A stretch of 64,000 nt of DNA. It comes from Balanoglossus misakiensis (lineage: Eukaryota > Animalia > Hemichordata). Of the stretch, positions 29,401 through 44,400 are shown piece by piece. The first letter of the stretch is position 1, and each line of letters starts with the position of its first letter. The DNA lies in the NCBI GenBank assembly GCA_040954595.2, contig CM082594.2, positions 10,730,276-10,794,275 of the forward strand. The letters are read 5' to 3'. The translations under genes and the position numbers were made by a program. The notes beneath the pieces were generated by a model. The model saw only the letters and a program-made list of their open reading frames with translations, did not search any database and was not told where the DNA came from.

Positions 29401-32400
29401 ACGAGCTTTTTACCCCATTCTAAATTACTACTTGAGAAAGTTTGAAATTCTCTTCAAAGGGCAGACTCCCGCAAGAATTACGATACCACTGAACTTTTCC
29501 ACTTCATAATGTCTTAAAATCCAAGGATATTTATGACAAAAGGCATAAATTTTTCAAATTTCATCTATTTATCAGATCCATGTAACTTGATCTCAGACAG
29601 AGGAAAGGGACTGTACTCATGTCAAAAGAGGAAAAAAAACTGATTACATCAAATTTTTACTTTTGTCTCCAAGCTCCGAATAGGAGTGATCTTTAGAGAA
29701 GACATTCTCCATGCAAGTTTCTCAGTGTTCCAGAAAAACTGAAGTTTATCATTACCGTATTAACTCAGAGGCTGCAATTTAATACACTGGCCCGGTCAGC
29801 TCATTCTTCCCAATAAAAAATAATCACGACTCATTTTCGGCGAATGAAAAGATACCGAAAATGTCACTGACGCACGTTCAGATGTCCCCGGAAAAGACTA
29901 CAGGACAGAATCTTATCTTCTCCAATTAATCATTTTCAATAATTCATTTATCAATTTTTAGTACACAACCGCAAGAGCACTTTTTAATCTTTGTGAAATG
30001 TGGCGCATCTTTGTGAGAGAACTTCATCATCTTGGCTTAAACTTGAGGGCCAACACCTACATCAGTCATTTTAATCTTCTTTCCATGAAGATTATCTCAT
30101 AATGTCTGACTTGATATCAAACTACAATCTTCAGCGTAGAAACTGAACGCGTCTTCAGGCTATGGTAACTAAGCTCTGGTGACAATTTATTTCTCTCTCG
30201 GTGTACATTTCCATTTTTCATTCAAGGATGACGTCTGCAAATTGGTCTTGGCTGGTTTTTATTTTGAAGTCAAGTTGATTTGATGGCCATTTCACAGTAG
30301 ACAGACAGAGAGACACAAACACACAAGCATTTGCATACATACACACACACACATACACCATGCACGTGCACACACGCACACACACACTGTGCAAGCAGTC
30401 ACGCACTTGCTATGATGCAGTTCAGTGGAATTCAGCTAATCTAAACTTACACAGTACGGACCATGTAAAAGTTGCAATGATGCTAAATTCGGCACAAACA
30501 GCTAATCGTTTCCTCCACCCCCTCGCTCTCAGCATTGGTTTTATTTATTTTTCACAAACAACAGTTGACGTGTGAGTTACCTCATCACACCTACATCTCA
30601 AGTGAGCGTGACGTCAGCAGTTGTTTTGTTGTTCTGAGCGCAGAGAGGTTGCAGTAAACTAAAACTCATGGTCAAATTTGACATCGCATGACGTTCACAC
30701 CGAAAAACCAGGCAAGGTACCCATCAATTATGAACCCAAGCAGTAAATTTCAAGTTGAATCTAAAATTAGATTTTTGGGGGGAACATAATTCACGAGGAT
30801 GAGTCATGTGACCATGAAGAGAATGCTACATTGCATGTTTTTCTGTTCACTATTTTTTCCTTCAAATTTTCAATAAAAAACACACAATCATGGATTCAAA
30901 TCAAGGTCTGAAACACTCTTGTATCATAAATGTCTGCTGAATACACTGAGGAAAAGTTACCATGGTGTTTCAGATAGAAAACTTGACCACTGATAGAAAA
31001 CTTGACTGTACATACCTGGTAATCTGGACGATTCAGGCACTATTGGACGTCGGGCGTTCGCGTTGTTGTAACCACCGTACGCATACGGGGAACCTCTTTT
31101 ACTGTGGGGCGAGACTGAATTCGGACTGGATAATGGCATTTCGCTACCCATAGACGACATACTAGGCTGCAATGAAATAATGGAAAACAACACAAAATAG
31201 TCAGATCCTATGGCATTGTTAGTGCACGACGGAAACTTTGATCGTTATCAGTAGGTGTATCTTTGATCTGGTTTTGTCACATTCAATTTAGATCATATCA
31301 TCTTTAATATCATAAAGGAGACAGGTCACAATGAACTTGTTGGGGTGGGGGTTTGTAAGAGCAGTAGAATTTTACATCTCAGTGGCTAGAGCCTAATCAC
31401 ACTGAAAGATATTTTAAAAGGGAACCAGTGATTATTTCTGAATCGTCACAATCTTCTTGTCAGCAGATATATTAAAGATAGCGCAAAATTTCCATGATAT
31501 TTCCAGATTAACTTATTCGTCCGACAATCCTCTCCGCTTCGGTTAAAATTACATAAACTTTTCAGTAAACTGCAGAAACAAATATGTCATCTGGCTGAAA
31601 CTAGAGCGTACCACTTTAACGAGTAGACGCATCTTTCCACAAGTCGAGCGGGGAAGAAATCCCGATTGATAAAATTTCAAAGGTGCCCTTTCAGAGGTCT
31701 TCAACTCCTAACTGATCCGTTAAAAAGAAACAAACCGGGGCAACACTGTACACATGGGCGAAATATTACCCCTCACCATAAATAAACAACGGTAGCTACA
31801 AGCTTTTCGGCAGTTCACAAACATTCCACCGGCGCAAGATTTCTGTATTACGCTACCTACACAGAGAGATCGGATAAAAGACGCCGCGGTCCCACAGACA
31901 CAAGAATGATTTAAGAACTCCGCATTGATCGCCCGATGACATATCAACTGCGTCTTTCTTTTCGGAAGGGAGATGAAAACAAAAAAGTAGCTGTATTATA
32001 TTTTGACACTTAAACGGTGTACGCAGAGCACTGTAAACAAGTCGCGAATGACTTCAAACCCTTTTCAAAGTGATTGCCGCCAAGTTGGTGTAATCCGTTT
32101 ACGGATTTACCCAAGTGCCGGAAATGCTTTGCTAAGCCCGTCGGTCTGTTTTACGCTCGAACTTTTAAATACAATAAAAATGTACTAGTAATTTTGTGCT
32201 AATTTTCACCAATTACTGTACTGATTTCAAAGTACATGTATCTGTTAATTGAAACTAATTAGTGCACTGATTTCAAAGTACATGTTAATCTGCACTAATT
32301 ACTCAAAGTATACAAATTCACACAAGTCTATCAAAGGGTTTTAACATGTGACTCAAGACAATAAGCGTATTTAACAATATCATTATCAGAAAGTGTCCGT

Positions 32401-35400
32401 CAGTAGTTTTGATCATCATCTAGTCATATTCACAATTTTAAAGTACAAAACATAGAGACACTGGTACTCCAAACTTGCAAGAATGCCTTGCATTGTGAAA
32501 CCAAGATGCAAGATTTGACACAACGATCTTTAGCATGTCCCACAGATCAATGCAGAACACTACAACTGACACTGTGCTAGCAAGCGAGTGCAGTGGCAAA
32601 AAGCAGAGTCAGCTGAAGGGTGAAACAGAGAATGAGAAGTGAAGTGTTTCACGGGGAAAAAGACATGTGAGAATGATAGATAATATTCAGTTTATGAAAT
32701 TTTGAGAAGTGAGAAAACGGTTTGTAGGATGCGAAGTATAAAGTGCGGGAGTGGAAATCCGAGATGAAAACTCGGAGAAAATTTGAGATGAAAACTGAGA
32801 AAGATGATTAGCCTTACTGGCATGTAATAGTAGATCCGAGGGCACAACCAAAGCATATTGGGATACACGGCCATGGTGCGGGGAAAACAATGCGACGATC
32901 AGATGACTGGATCGATCAAGGCGTGATACGAAGAGAATCGTTGTCGCTGTCGTCGTCACACTAAAGCACTTTTGATTCAGCGAGTTGCGTTGAATGAGTG
33001 CCAGAGTTGTCATACAGAGACACTTTATGCGATATCAATAGTGTTTCATCGGTTCTGTCAGACACAAAAATCACAGCGTATTGGGAGAGGGGGGGGGACC
33101 TGCTTGCTACCAATGATTTCCAAGCAAAATGACATTCACAAAAACCAATTAATCAATGCAACGGCAAATTGGCTAACGGTCACTTGACCACAAGCGCAAA
33201 CAGAACAAAAAAAAAACCTTCCACACATGAACATCCTCTAAACGCAAGAAACATCTCTCGTGATCAATGACCACGACAATTTCCTCTTTGCTTTAGATCA
33301 CTTTGATGGGCAACTAAGTCTTGGACGGAATTGAAGCAATTGAGTTACATTGACTTCTCCGATCTGATCTCATTAACAATCAAAAGCTATAAACGTTCGC
33401 CCATCTGAGCCACTGCTATTGACACAGGTTTGTCTCCAGCATCATACTCTTCTCTCGCCTCGTGTCCTGGCAACCAGACGTGAAGCATCGCTGGTATCTA
33501 AGCGCCGTGAATGTCTGTCATTTCCTCTCTTGAGAGAAATTTCCTCTCCTCGCTGCAACTTTTCTATCAAGCTATATCTCAATAATTACTTTCTCCTTTG
33601 CACCCTAATGGTCAGATTCAATTCCCTTTCAAGCGCTATCCACCATAAAAAATAACCATCCAACTATCCCCGCCAATCCACTATAGAAGTAACAGGTAGC
33701 CCTGAATGAAACCAAAGCAGAAAAAGCTTGGCTGATTTCACAAAACCCAGAATAAATCCAAGATCATATTTTCATTCGGCAATCTTTTGTCCAACAGCCG
33801 CAACCCGACAACGCTTGAAAAACATCTGCCTATCACATTGGAAATTCCTTCTAAAGGTCAAACGAGCACGACTACCAAACTACTACCATTTTTCATTTTT
33901 CACCACGTAAAATATGCCAACCATTTCAAAAATGCAAGTTTTCATTTGTGTGAGTGTGTGACTTGGTCAACTTTGAAACCATAACAACTTTAGTGCGTGT
34001 GCTACTGCGTGACTCAAGAGAACCCCTTCTCGATCAGAATGTGGTAGTCAATATTCAACCGTTCTGAAAAGTGGGAGATTCTAACACATAGATGCTAACT
34101 TGACACCTCCAAACCAATTCAACATTTTAGTAACTGCTTACTATACCATTCACTGAAGTACGTTAAACACCTGTGAAATTGCCCGTTGCCAAGCCTGTTG
34201 CATGCTTGTGGCAAGCCTGTTCAAAGCTGAAACTACAGATGTTTGCCTCACCTGTTGAAGTATAAAATCAAATCTGAACGCACTATTTTTAACCACCATT
34301 CTCATAGTTTTATCGTGTTATCCCCAAACACTCTAAAAATCAAACTTCTACACATCTTTTTGTCGCAATGTTGATGATTTTTTCTGAAGATGTTTCACTG
34401 TGTATGTACTCATCATATAATGTTGTTCAAGCATAAAGAGTATATAGAAACTAAAGCATGTCTCACTGTAAAATACAACATCGACATCCACCAACGTGAA
34501 AAAAATCTGATTTAACTATTCTTGTTTGGTAAATTCTACAAAACAAAGTCATCAATTTCATCAATGGTAAACAATTGTTGGATCCAGGATTTTTTTGGTT
34601 TCAATCATCTAAATCTCAAATTTAACTATGCTATGCTACACTGATTTAAAGCAAACATGCACACCATGACTGTATCTGCTCTTTACAATAGATGAAATGA
34701 CCCAGTATGACAAATAAAAAAAGATATGAAAAATTAACCCCCCAAATTCCCTTCTCCCCTTTTTGCACTTACTTCTAATGTTGCCAAAAGCTGTAGGTGG
34801 GTAGAAATTGCCATGAAATCCTCGCGTTTCTCAGATTGGCGATGATGTCACGTTTTTTTTACCACAAACCGAACCGGACGCTGATATACACACAAAAAAC
34901 TAGTCCTACACTACAGAATAAGCATGATTGCCAGATCATTTGGTTACTATGCATATGTATGGGATTAGCACTGGTTGCAAGGTCTGCCCACCATGACATA
35001 TAATCCACAATATAAATCAAACAAACGTTTGCCATTTCTAACATACCGGACAAACAATCGAAAAACTGACTGACACTGATTTGGGGTGCGTGGGGGAGGG
35101 ACACAATTTCTATAGGGAACTTTTCTGGATTCTTTTTTTTTAAATTATCAAATTCTATCAGAAATTTTCACCACAGTAATTATAATCTGCAGAATGATGA
35201 GGAGTTAATTTTTAGTTTGAAGCTATACAAGGTTTTCTTTTTGTTAAAATGGACTACTGGTTTAGTTGAACAAGTGTGTGGGTCTTTTTCACAGACAAAT
35301 TTTTGGAGTTGTCATTATTTTTTAAATTTTCTTCTGGTCTACAAGTGGTCAGACCCACATTATTGAGAGGAACTACAGCCAGTTTACAATGTTTTAAATT

Positions 35401-38400
35401 TAATTAGTATTCTATATTAATAATTTTTTTAAATCAAAGCTTTTCTCATTACACCCACCAAAAAATAGGGAAAAATGAACATAAATATTCAGTGAGAATT
35501 ACACGTTCAAGAAGAAAAAAAAACATCATTCAGAATTGTGTGACATGAAAGTTTTCTAAAGATTCCCGTTGTAAAATTATCACTCTGGGTTTTCTTTCTA
35601 GGCAGCTGAGCACACAAGTCCTGAAATTGTGGGCAGGTCAGTCCACTGCCTACCACAATTACTGCTGTGAGACGACATTCAACGCAATGTTTGCTTTTTG
35701 CTAAAATGAATTGCCGGCAAATTAATTGCTAAATGTCATGATATTTAAAGTCTCAGTAATGTAGCTGGTGTTCTTTGTTAAGTGAAAAAGACCGATCACA
35801 ATACTGGAAATTTAATGTAATAGCTAATAGCGCCCAACAGCAATTTGACATAATAAGCTCCACTTGATGAATGAGAAACAAGTAACTGAATTTGTATGGC
35901 CTCTTTGTGATCCTGTACCATCTGTTACGCTGGCAATAATTTTTTCCACCAATCCGGCTTCAGACAAATGGTACACTCGTTGTACGCCCCCCAAAATATG
36001 ATTCTGACCCAATACTTAGTGCATTGCTTCTCTCTTCCTGTGCTTTTTGTCTCATTGTTTTATTTTGTTTTAATAACAGACATCAATTGTTGCCTGTCTA
36101 TATAAGAGCTTAGTCACAGGTGGTTTCAAAGACGATTCTTTTCTTGGCGTTGACTCAACCGAAAAATATTGGTTTTGTTATCTGCACAAAAAAATGGTCC
36201 AATAACTGTGGCTGTAATTAATTCATGTAGTGATAATAACGTAACGCTTTATCATCTATGCATAAATCTACAACTTTACTTATGGCATAAACTCACACCA
36301 GTGCAAGTAAGATACCAAATGAAAAAGTTCATCATCATTTTGAAACTTCTATTTGGTTGTAATCTTGGACATTGTTTTATTTTTGCTCTGTACATCAAGA
36401 GGATCAGGGAAAGGGTTCCCTGAGTCACACACAATAATGTTATGTTACTGTATTCCTATAGCATACAAGACCTATGTATGTCATATACTTCATTCTGCTT
36501 TTACTGAAGAAAATGTCATGCACAAATATGTCTACCAAGGGAAGGTCATGTGACTATGGTTACACGAATTTAAGCGGTCTTTCCAAATTCTAAAAACTTG
36601 AAGACAACACGCATCTGAATAACCTTTTAAGAAGCTAGCTATCTCGGTATGAGAAAACTAGGTTCCCACCATTAAATTTTGTACAATTTGCATAAAATAA
36701 ATACTGATGAGGGATGGATTTTGTCTGTACAATGTGACTACAATGGCTTCATTGTTATCAAGTGTTTCTTCCGCCAATGCTAGACACGATGACATGAATC
36801 ACAGAATGCAAACTCACTAACCTTTTCTCTGACCCTATTTTACACTGACAACTCCGTGATTAGTTTTTCATCAGTTTCATAATTCCGGCAATTTTACAAA
36901 ATGACTCTTTAATTTAGGGAGTCACATCCTAATTTCACTTCCCTTTGTTGTCTGCCAATGAGTCAGGGCTTTGAATCAGACACGGTAAAAGGCCCGTAAA
37001 CCCAGCCATGCAGATGACGACCGACTAAAAAATTGAATTTATCGAGGCTCATTTTCAGATCTGATTTTATCTGTCCCGTATCTATAGCAACACCTCTGGT
37101 AGATAGCTCCATCACCAGTGGGAAACGGAAATATACACCGATTGTCAAAATGGAATAATAACACTCATCGCAAAGTCAAAGTTATTCCAGAATAACATGC
37201 ATGAGATAATATCTAGTTCCATCCTCCCAACAATAATATTTAGTGTTTTAGACTTCCTTTCTCCCACCCTCTTTCGCCTCACCCACTTATATACTAGTCC
37301 CACCCACACCTTTGAAACAACGGAATTGGAATGGTAAAACTGTTGAAATACTTCAATCTAGAATGTCAGGCCTCACTTGGCACTGAGCTGTGACACTTTG
37401 CACTAACACACAGCTAAAATACATAACATTGTCATCTAAACACGGTACAAAATCTGCTGAGACTTCAACTATCAACAGTATGACCTCATCTCATCACAGG
37501 TATAGAATCTGATATATTTGAACAATTCCCAAACTGCTGTCCTTCAACTGACACCAGTTTCGGCGGGAAAAGTAGAAACTCCTCTCACCTGATTGGGTGG
37601 CATTGCAGGTTCTCTGGGCATAGATGAATAAGGCATCGGGTAAGACTTTTCCATTGGTTTCGCTGAAAAAGATAAAAACAGACAATTTATAAATAAATGG
37701 AATTTGACAAATCATCTCAGAGTTTTCTCAATGAAGTTGACAATCTAAAGAAAATAAACAAATACTTGACAATTTGATCGGAGAGCCGGGACAACGTAAA
37801 GCAATGCCATATCACATCACTAGAGGGCGCTGCTCAGCGTACCCGCATCCAACGATGAAGTCAAGATTCAATTTGTATGCAGAGAACGTCGCCAAATGTC
37901 TTATCGTGGCTAATATGAACATGCTATTAGACGGCATGAAGACTGATTTACATGTGAAAAGCACTTGTCACTCTTTTTATATTCTACAAGGGAAGTCCCT
38001 CTCACACAAAGCGAACAGCATTGAAATGACCAGATATGCTCTCAGAATATCAAAAGTTCTTTTTTTCGGGAGAAGAAAAAAAAGGAGATGGCTCAAAATG
38101 TAGAGTGCACTATCATATCTCTGGCAGACATCTCCTAATTTTACAACATTAATCCACTGGGTGGATTTCTGTTACCTGAATGCATGTATCAAGAAATATT
38201 GATTTTTGGGGAAGCTAAGAACCGCCAAACAAACCAGAAAAGTAGAACACCACCGTAGGAGAGGCAGAAAAGACAAGGTCATATTCCAATATTTAACACA
38301 CAAGGGAGATTAAGCATGGGTGTTAAATTTCTGTCACAGAATAAAATGAAAATAATACTCCCTTAATTAAAAAGACGAGGAAATACATTTTTGTAGAATT

Positions 38401-41400
38401 TATACTGATATTTTTTTACTTATGGGGGGAGTTTAGTTGCCATGGTGACATCTAAACCACTGCATGGCATATTTGGTGACTTGAAAATGTTGGTTTTTCG
38501 AGTACCGGCTATTGAGGGATCTGATTGGAGGGCTGTTCTTTTATTCCGTGTTGCTACTTCGTCGAGCTGCTTGGCTAGTGAACTCTTATCCAGCAATCAA
38601 TCTTCTATTGTTTGATGCAGAGCTTTAGCGCCATGATAGATTTCCAATCCTGCATCGAATTATTTCCAAATTAAATTAAAAGGCTTGATTTTTAGACGTG
38701 ATCATTCTCTTCGATTTTGCGCGCGGAGTCTGCCAATCAATTCGCAGACTTGGTTTGTTTTTTTCGATCGCTCGTTCAGTTTGTTGTAATCTTTTTAGGA
38801 CTTCTTCATTAAAGAGGAGAGAGAACATTCATAATTGGTAATATTACTTCCATATCATGACAACTCTTCATCAATCAACGAGCCATGACCTCAACTTGTT
38901 GAATAATGGAGACCCAATATTCCCGATATTTCACTCACACCATATGCTTGTGCATTTACAGCGAAAAATCACTCAAAATCTGATTAAATTGTCATTTCTC
39001 GGCGATTGGCTTCAGACTTTTAGATTTTGATTTTCCACACAAACGATGCCGCAAATCTGCTGTATTAACTTTAACGAACAACAGCAGCAAAATCACACTA
39101 AAAAATATCCCAAACACATTCTTGGACAGAAACCAACGCCAAACACCATGTAATCATTCAACGAACACCAAAATAAGAGAATCGTGCATCTTGTGAAAGT
39201 AATCTCTCTCTCTCTCTCTCTCCTCTTATCCATGGACGCTAACAACCCTATACTTTGCACAATGGGCCACACCAAGCACTACACCTGACTGCAGTGTTTA
39301 ACTTGCCTTGCAATGGTATGGATGGCGTACTGCATTCATTCCTATAGGGATTAGGCCCACACCTGTCCTGTAATACACACTGACAGCTCCCTAATGAAAG
39401 CCAGAAATACTGGCCAATTATAAACCCGGCCATTTTATTGCAACTTCCTCATTACTTCCCCCGATTCCTCCTCTGTGGATAACAGGAGAATATTAAATTA
39501 AATTTAAGTCATTTAGCAGATCCTTGTCTGATGTACAGATGTTTGTTCAACTCGATGCAAACATCAGTGAACAAAAAACGGTGCTTTTAGTACAAGACAA
39601 GTTTCCTTGTTATCACCAAATATCACTCAAGCTATTGCTATTGCCTACTTAATTACTGAAATTGTTGCGATGAAAATAAATTTAATAGCAAATTCCTCAA
39701 AATTTTATACCATTATTTCTCCATAATTTAAACACAGCTACATTGCTTCCAGGAATCTGACATCACGATAGAATTAACAATTTTAATATTCAGATGGACA
39801 CCACATTTTAACGCATGAACATTAAAAATATAATTACAAGACAGAATTAAACTGACATACCATCCTCTTTAAAATGCAATTTTAATTTATTACACATGAT
39901 AAAGTACTTTCGTCACAAAAGTATTATTTTACACAAAAACATGTTTGTCTTGTAAGCCGTACCATACAATATATGATTTTGTGCCATTTTTCACAATATG
40001 TTTACAATGGTAGAGTAAGTCTGGCCGGGACGCTTAATTATTCCCCACGGGGGGAGAGCCCAATACTGCATCTGTTATAGCAATGCTAGCCTCTGGTCTT
40101 TATTAATGAAATCTATGCAGCCCCATTAAAGGCAACAATTTGCCTCAGAATGGAGGGCTCCTCTCGTCATTGTGCGTCCGGAACAATACCAAACAAGAGC
40201 TAAAAAGCTGCAACCTTCAGAGTCCTTTGTTCCTGCCATATTGCACACACCACAAAACCTTCCTTTGTCTCCCGTCTCTTGCACACACAAAAATTTCATT
40301 CACCATCAATTTGACTAGCTATGACTAATTACAGTTAGATTTCATAACAAGCAATCACATTTCAAAATTGTGTTATTTTCATATCTGGTGCCAGAGTCGG
40401 CCATCTTGTGTGTGTGCGGATGTACTGCGGAAACGACTTGAAATTCTGAGCCGTGCTGCGACCGACTGCAATTAAAAACAATGCTAATTGAAAATCTGAA
40501 CACACTATTAAGATTTCCTTCCTCTAAAAATGGAAGAAAATCTCCCCCCCCCCCAAAAAAAAAAAGATACAGGAGCACATATCTTTTGTTCCCTAATAGG
40601 ACCAGTCTAAAGGGTGAAATTTTAAACTTTATGGAAGCAAGCAAACAATTAGATGTCAGAGTATATCAGATTTCATGGCAGAGGCAAAGTGACTAATCAG
40701 CAAGGGATAACAATTTAAAGCCAGCTAACACACATTATCAACAACTAGGCATGGGAGAACAACAGATGTACAGGAACTCACAGCAGCTATTTTGGGACGT
40801 TGCCATGCCAATTGGCACCAGCCTACATAAGACAAGCGCAACGGGGGCTGCCCAGGATTCAGGGGCATTGGGTGCAATTCAGGGGCGTTACACAAGACGA
40901 GCTTCTCCCGGTCGAATGTTTATGTGACAGAATGCAGCTGGGTCTCCCTCTCTCCGACTGCTAAGCACAGATGCTTCGGGAAGGGGTTTTCAGAACAGGT
41001 GCAAAGGGGAATCAGTCGAACAAGGGGCATCTGTCGTAGAGCACTGACTTGCATATGTTAATTCTCAAGCCCAGTTGTTTCCGCCACCTGACCTGAGAGT
41101 GTGTGACTGGGCCAGGCCAGGGCACGGGCGACGCAGTCGGTTGGAAAATATAAACACAAAGCAGTGTACAGATGCCACATTATAAACTGCCCTCCTCAAT
41201 TAGCAGCCAGTCTGTTATGACAACAAATACAGTGATTTTGTCCCCACAACCTTCTCTCACATAGCTGCACACCAGCCTACCAACCTGTACATCAAAAGTC
41301 TAACATTTCTTACAGAGAAAATCTACTTGTCAAACTTTAATATACAAAAGTATAAAGAATCACCCAAATTTCAGGAGGGTAGGGGTGTTAAAATCCATTA

Positions 41401-44400
41401 TTTTCAGTCATATATACTATGGTATCTGTGATTAAATTCAAAGTTCTGGAGCCTTCTATACAAAGAAGTCCTGCCACCCCTCTGTCCATACACATTTATC
41501 ATAGGACGCTTGTTCAGATCAGAAAGCCTGGCCAAAAACAACTTTTTATATCCAAACATTATTTATCAAGAATTGAATGATCATGCAATTCTTTCACTCA
41601 GTCTGTTCAAACAGCTTGCCACCTAAAAATAAACTGTACATACAGCCATCTCCACATTTATGGCAACATTATTTTGCTATTTTAAAATCATCTGGATTTT
41701 TTTGTAATCCACCTGATGGTCATTCCTCGACAAAAAATAGAATCCACTGGAATCTCAACTGAATGACTATTTATCAACGTCACACGAAACACGAAAACAG
41801 ATGGTCAAAAAACAGTGATCTTTTGAGTTTTACGCTCATCATAAGGAATGCAGTTAATCTCAAATAGGAAACATTTGTACATTGTGCATTATGTGTCACA
41901 TAAGAAGGGGAGGATAACCACCACAATGACCTCTGACCGGTAACCTTCATCATGTGACTCGCCAAACGTGTAAATTTATCCCTTTTCAGGCAAAAGCCAG
42001 CCAGGAGGATTAAATATCATAATATATACCTTGGAACAACAAATGTCCAACATACACGTTAACACGCCAAGTAAGCAACCAAAATGCTTAATATCCACTT
42101 GTGCTTTAATGGTGGACAAAAAATATAGAAATATTTTAATTTTAAAATAAAGATAATGTTTTTTTCAATGAAAGAATTCACAGCTGATATAGCTGTACTG
42201 TCCAGTTTACTCAGTTGCTACTGTGCAGGCACGTTACACACCCACAATTACAAGGCACCAGCATATAACACCAATTTGTTACGATAATTTCTATTTTTTG
42301 TTCATACAGCTTCCTGTCTGTGTGCCAGGCGTTTGTTCATACGTACACATCCACGCTGTTGAATCGGGACATTTTTTTATTGCCGCACAAAGCCGGTATA
42401 TAAATACTGGTAGCTATCAACTCAGTAGTGGCGGCCATATTAGAACTGGTATAGCTCTGCCTGCATAATAATACCAGGGATCTATGGGGGACAAACGGCC
42501 AGGCCCAGTGACTGCTCAGTAGAGATCATTATGACGCCTAAAACCGGGTCAGTGAATTTCAACTAAAAATAGCTCTTAAAACTGACACGAAAAACCAGCT
42601 GAAAATCTATTGTGGAATTTTTCTTTCCACCAGACTGCATGAAAAACCTGAGTAACGCCGCTAAAACCATCTCTGACAAAGATACAACTTTGATACTCTG
42701 CTTGTACTCAATATTTTAATAGCTATCACATTTTTAAAATATAAAATAAATTTATTTTCAATTAACCAGACAAAAATGAAGTGAAAATATCAGTTTGATA
42801 GTAAAATTCAAAAACTAGAGCATCAACGGGGGAGTCGCTTGATTTACTGAATCTGTTGGCATTTAACTGCTTTTAAGATTTTAGTGACATAGAAAATCCA
42901 TTCAGTATTTGACGACCGACAACACTCGATTAACTGCTGACATAATTGAAAAACACAAAATCAATAAGGCCTACATGAACAAAATCAAACAGGGGCCGTA
43001 ACAGGCCTACATTAACCTTTACTCTGCTGATATTCTGTCCTGTCTCGTATGTTGTGCTTTTGTTCTGAAAATTTCTGAATTTTTTTTAAAGATGGCCTTC
43101 CTTTTTATTCATGTCCTATTTCCAAATGACGCAATTCATTTGTGAGATGTGAAAGCATACGTTACGATACTTTTATGTCTTTTGCTTGATTTCATGTTAC
43201 AGATTTTTTATTATTTTTTTTCACATTTGAAAATATTTCTAGTCTAATAAATTAATACAATTTGCAATTATAGTTCAGTTTGATGACTAAAAAATATTTT
43301 ATAAGAGACGCCATGTTGATGTAATAAGCATACATCTTGACTTTGTATCGAATGTATCAAATGAGCCAAGATATCCATATTACCTGAAAACAAAAAAAAT
43401 TGCTGCAGATTTTCCGTAGATAGCATTTTCGATGGAATGATAAATGAAACATTATAGCATGATGTACTCTTCAGAGATATCTTGTTGAGATTGGAACTAC
43501 ACAAAATTAACAGTTTGTGATTCGGACTGCTTGAGATACGAACAAACGTTATCAGGCTCCAATACAGCTCTTGTAAAAGGAGGAATTCAGTCTCCTTCCA
43601 GCCCCCTTCAATTTACAACTCACCCGTCCTCTGATAACTACCTACTTGCCCTCTGAGAACTGAACATTTCCAGAAAAACGACGGAAATTACAAAAAAAAA
43701 AATCTGCGGGACTATTATCAGTTTGATAGTGATCCTTAGTAATACAGCATAGTCACTGATCCCCACTGGCAATGAAAATTGGCTACAACAACGACTCGGT
43801 GATTGTGGCGGTCGATGTAGTATTCTTACAGGCACACACAGAGGAATCCATCCGCCGGCTAAATTACAGAGATGACTTGTGAGGAAAGCTGGTGCCATTT
43901 AACTAAGATTAACGTTTCAAGTTAAATCAAAGGGATTAAACTCTAATGATATTAGAAGATTGCAGGCTTAATCTGCCCTGTTCAAACCCCACCGCCATTT
44001 GGAAACCATCTCAAAATGCCAGTTAAAAACTAAAAGATCGGGAGATTAAATATCTGATGAGTCAAAAAATAGTCGATGTTCAAGTGCTGTGAGGGTTAAG
44101 ATGGAATTAGATTTTAAAAAAAGGTTTGCAAGGATGCAGAACATACATATAAGATGAGACTGTGAAACGTGTTTTTCTTGTTGAAACACTGCATGGAGCT
44201 GTGACTGAGGCTGATGCCTTTCTTTAATGGTTTACTCAATTTCCTCGCTAGTCTCGGCATTATGCGTCTGGCCATATGGTTTGCACCAAGCTGCTGACAA
44301 TCAACACTGGCTCAGTCATTGTTTTCACGATCTCGCTCTCTATTCAAATGCACTAATGCTTTCCTTCTCGCTGTTCATGACTATGCATCTCTCAAACATC

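Noticed and set aside
31160-31172. Looked for a NAGNAG acceptor equivalent to the human TCF4 plus/minus-Gln site
   Set aside because: Sequence is ttgcag|CCT, so there is no tandem acceptor here.
32220-32285. 20-bp direct repeat ACTGATTTCAAAGTACATGT with a 26-bp spacer; a similar 15-bp pair at 30973-31006
   Set aside because: Only two copies in a eukaryotic intron with no cas genes; local slippage duplication, not CRISPR.
43624-43659. 36-nt phase-1 symmetric segment with a gtgagt donor
   Set aside because: Weak acceptor, no in-frame ATG upstream (a TAA intervenes) and no similarity to E-proteins.
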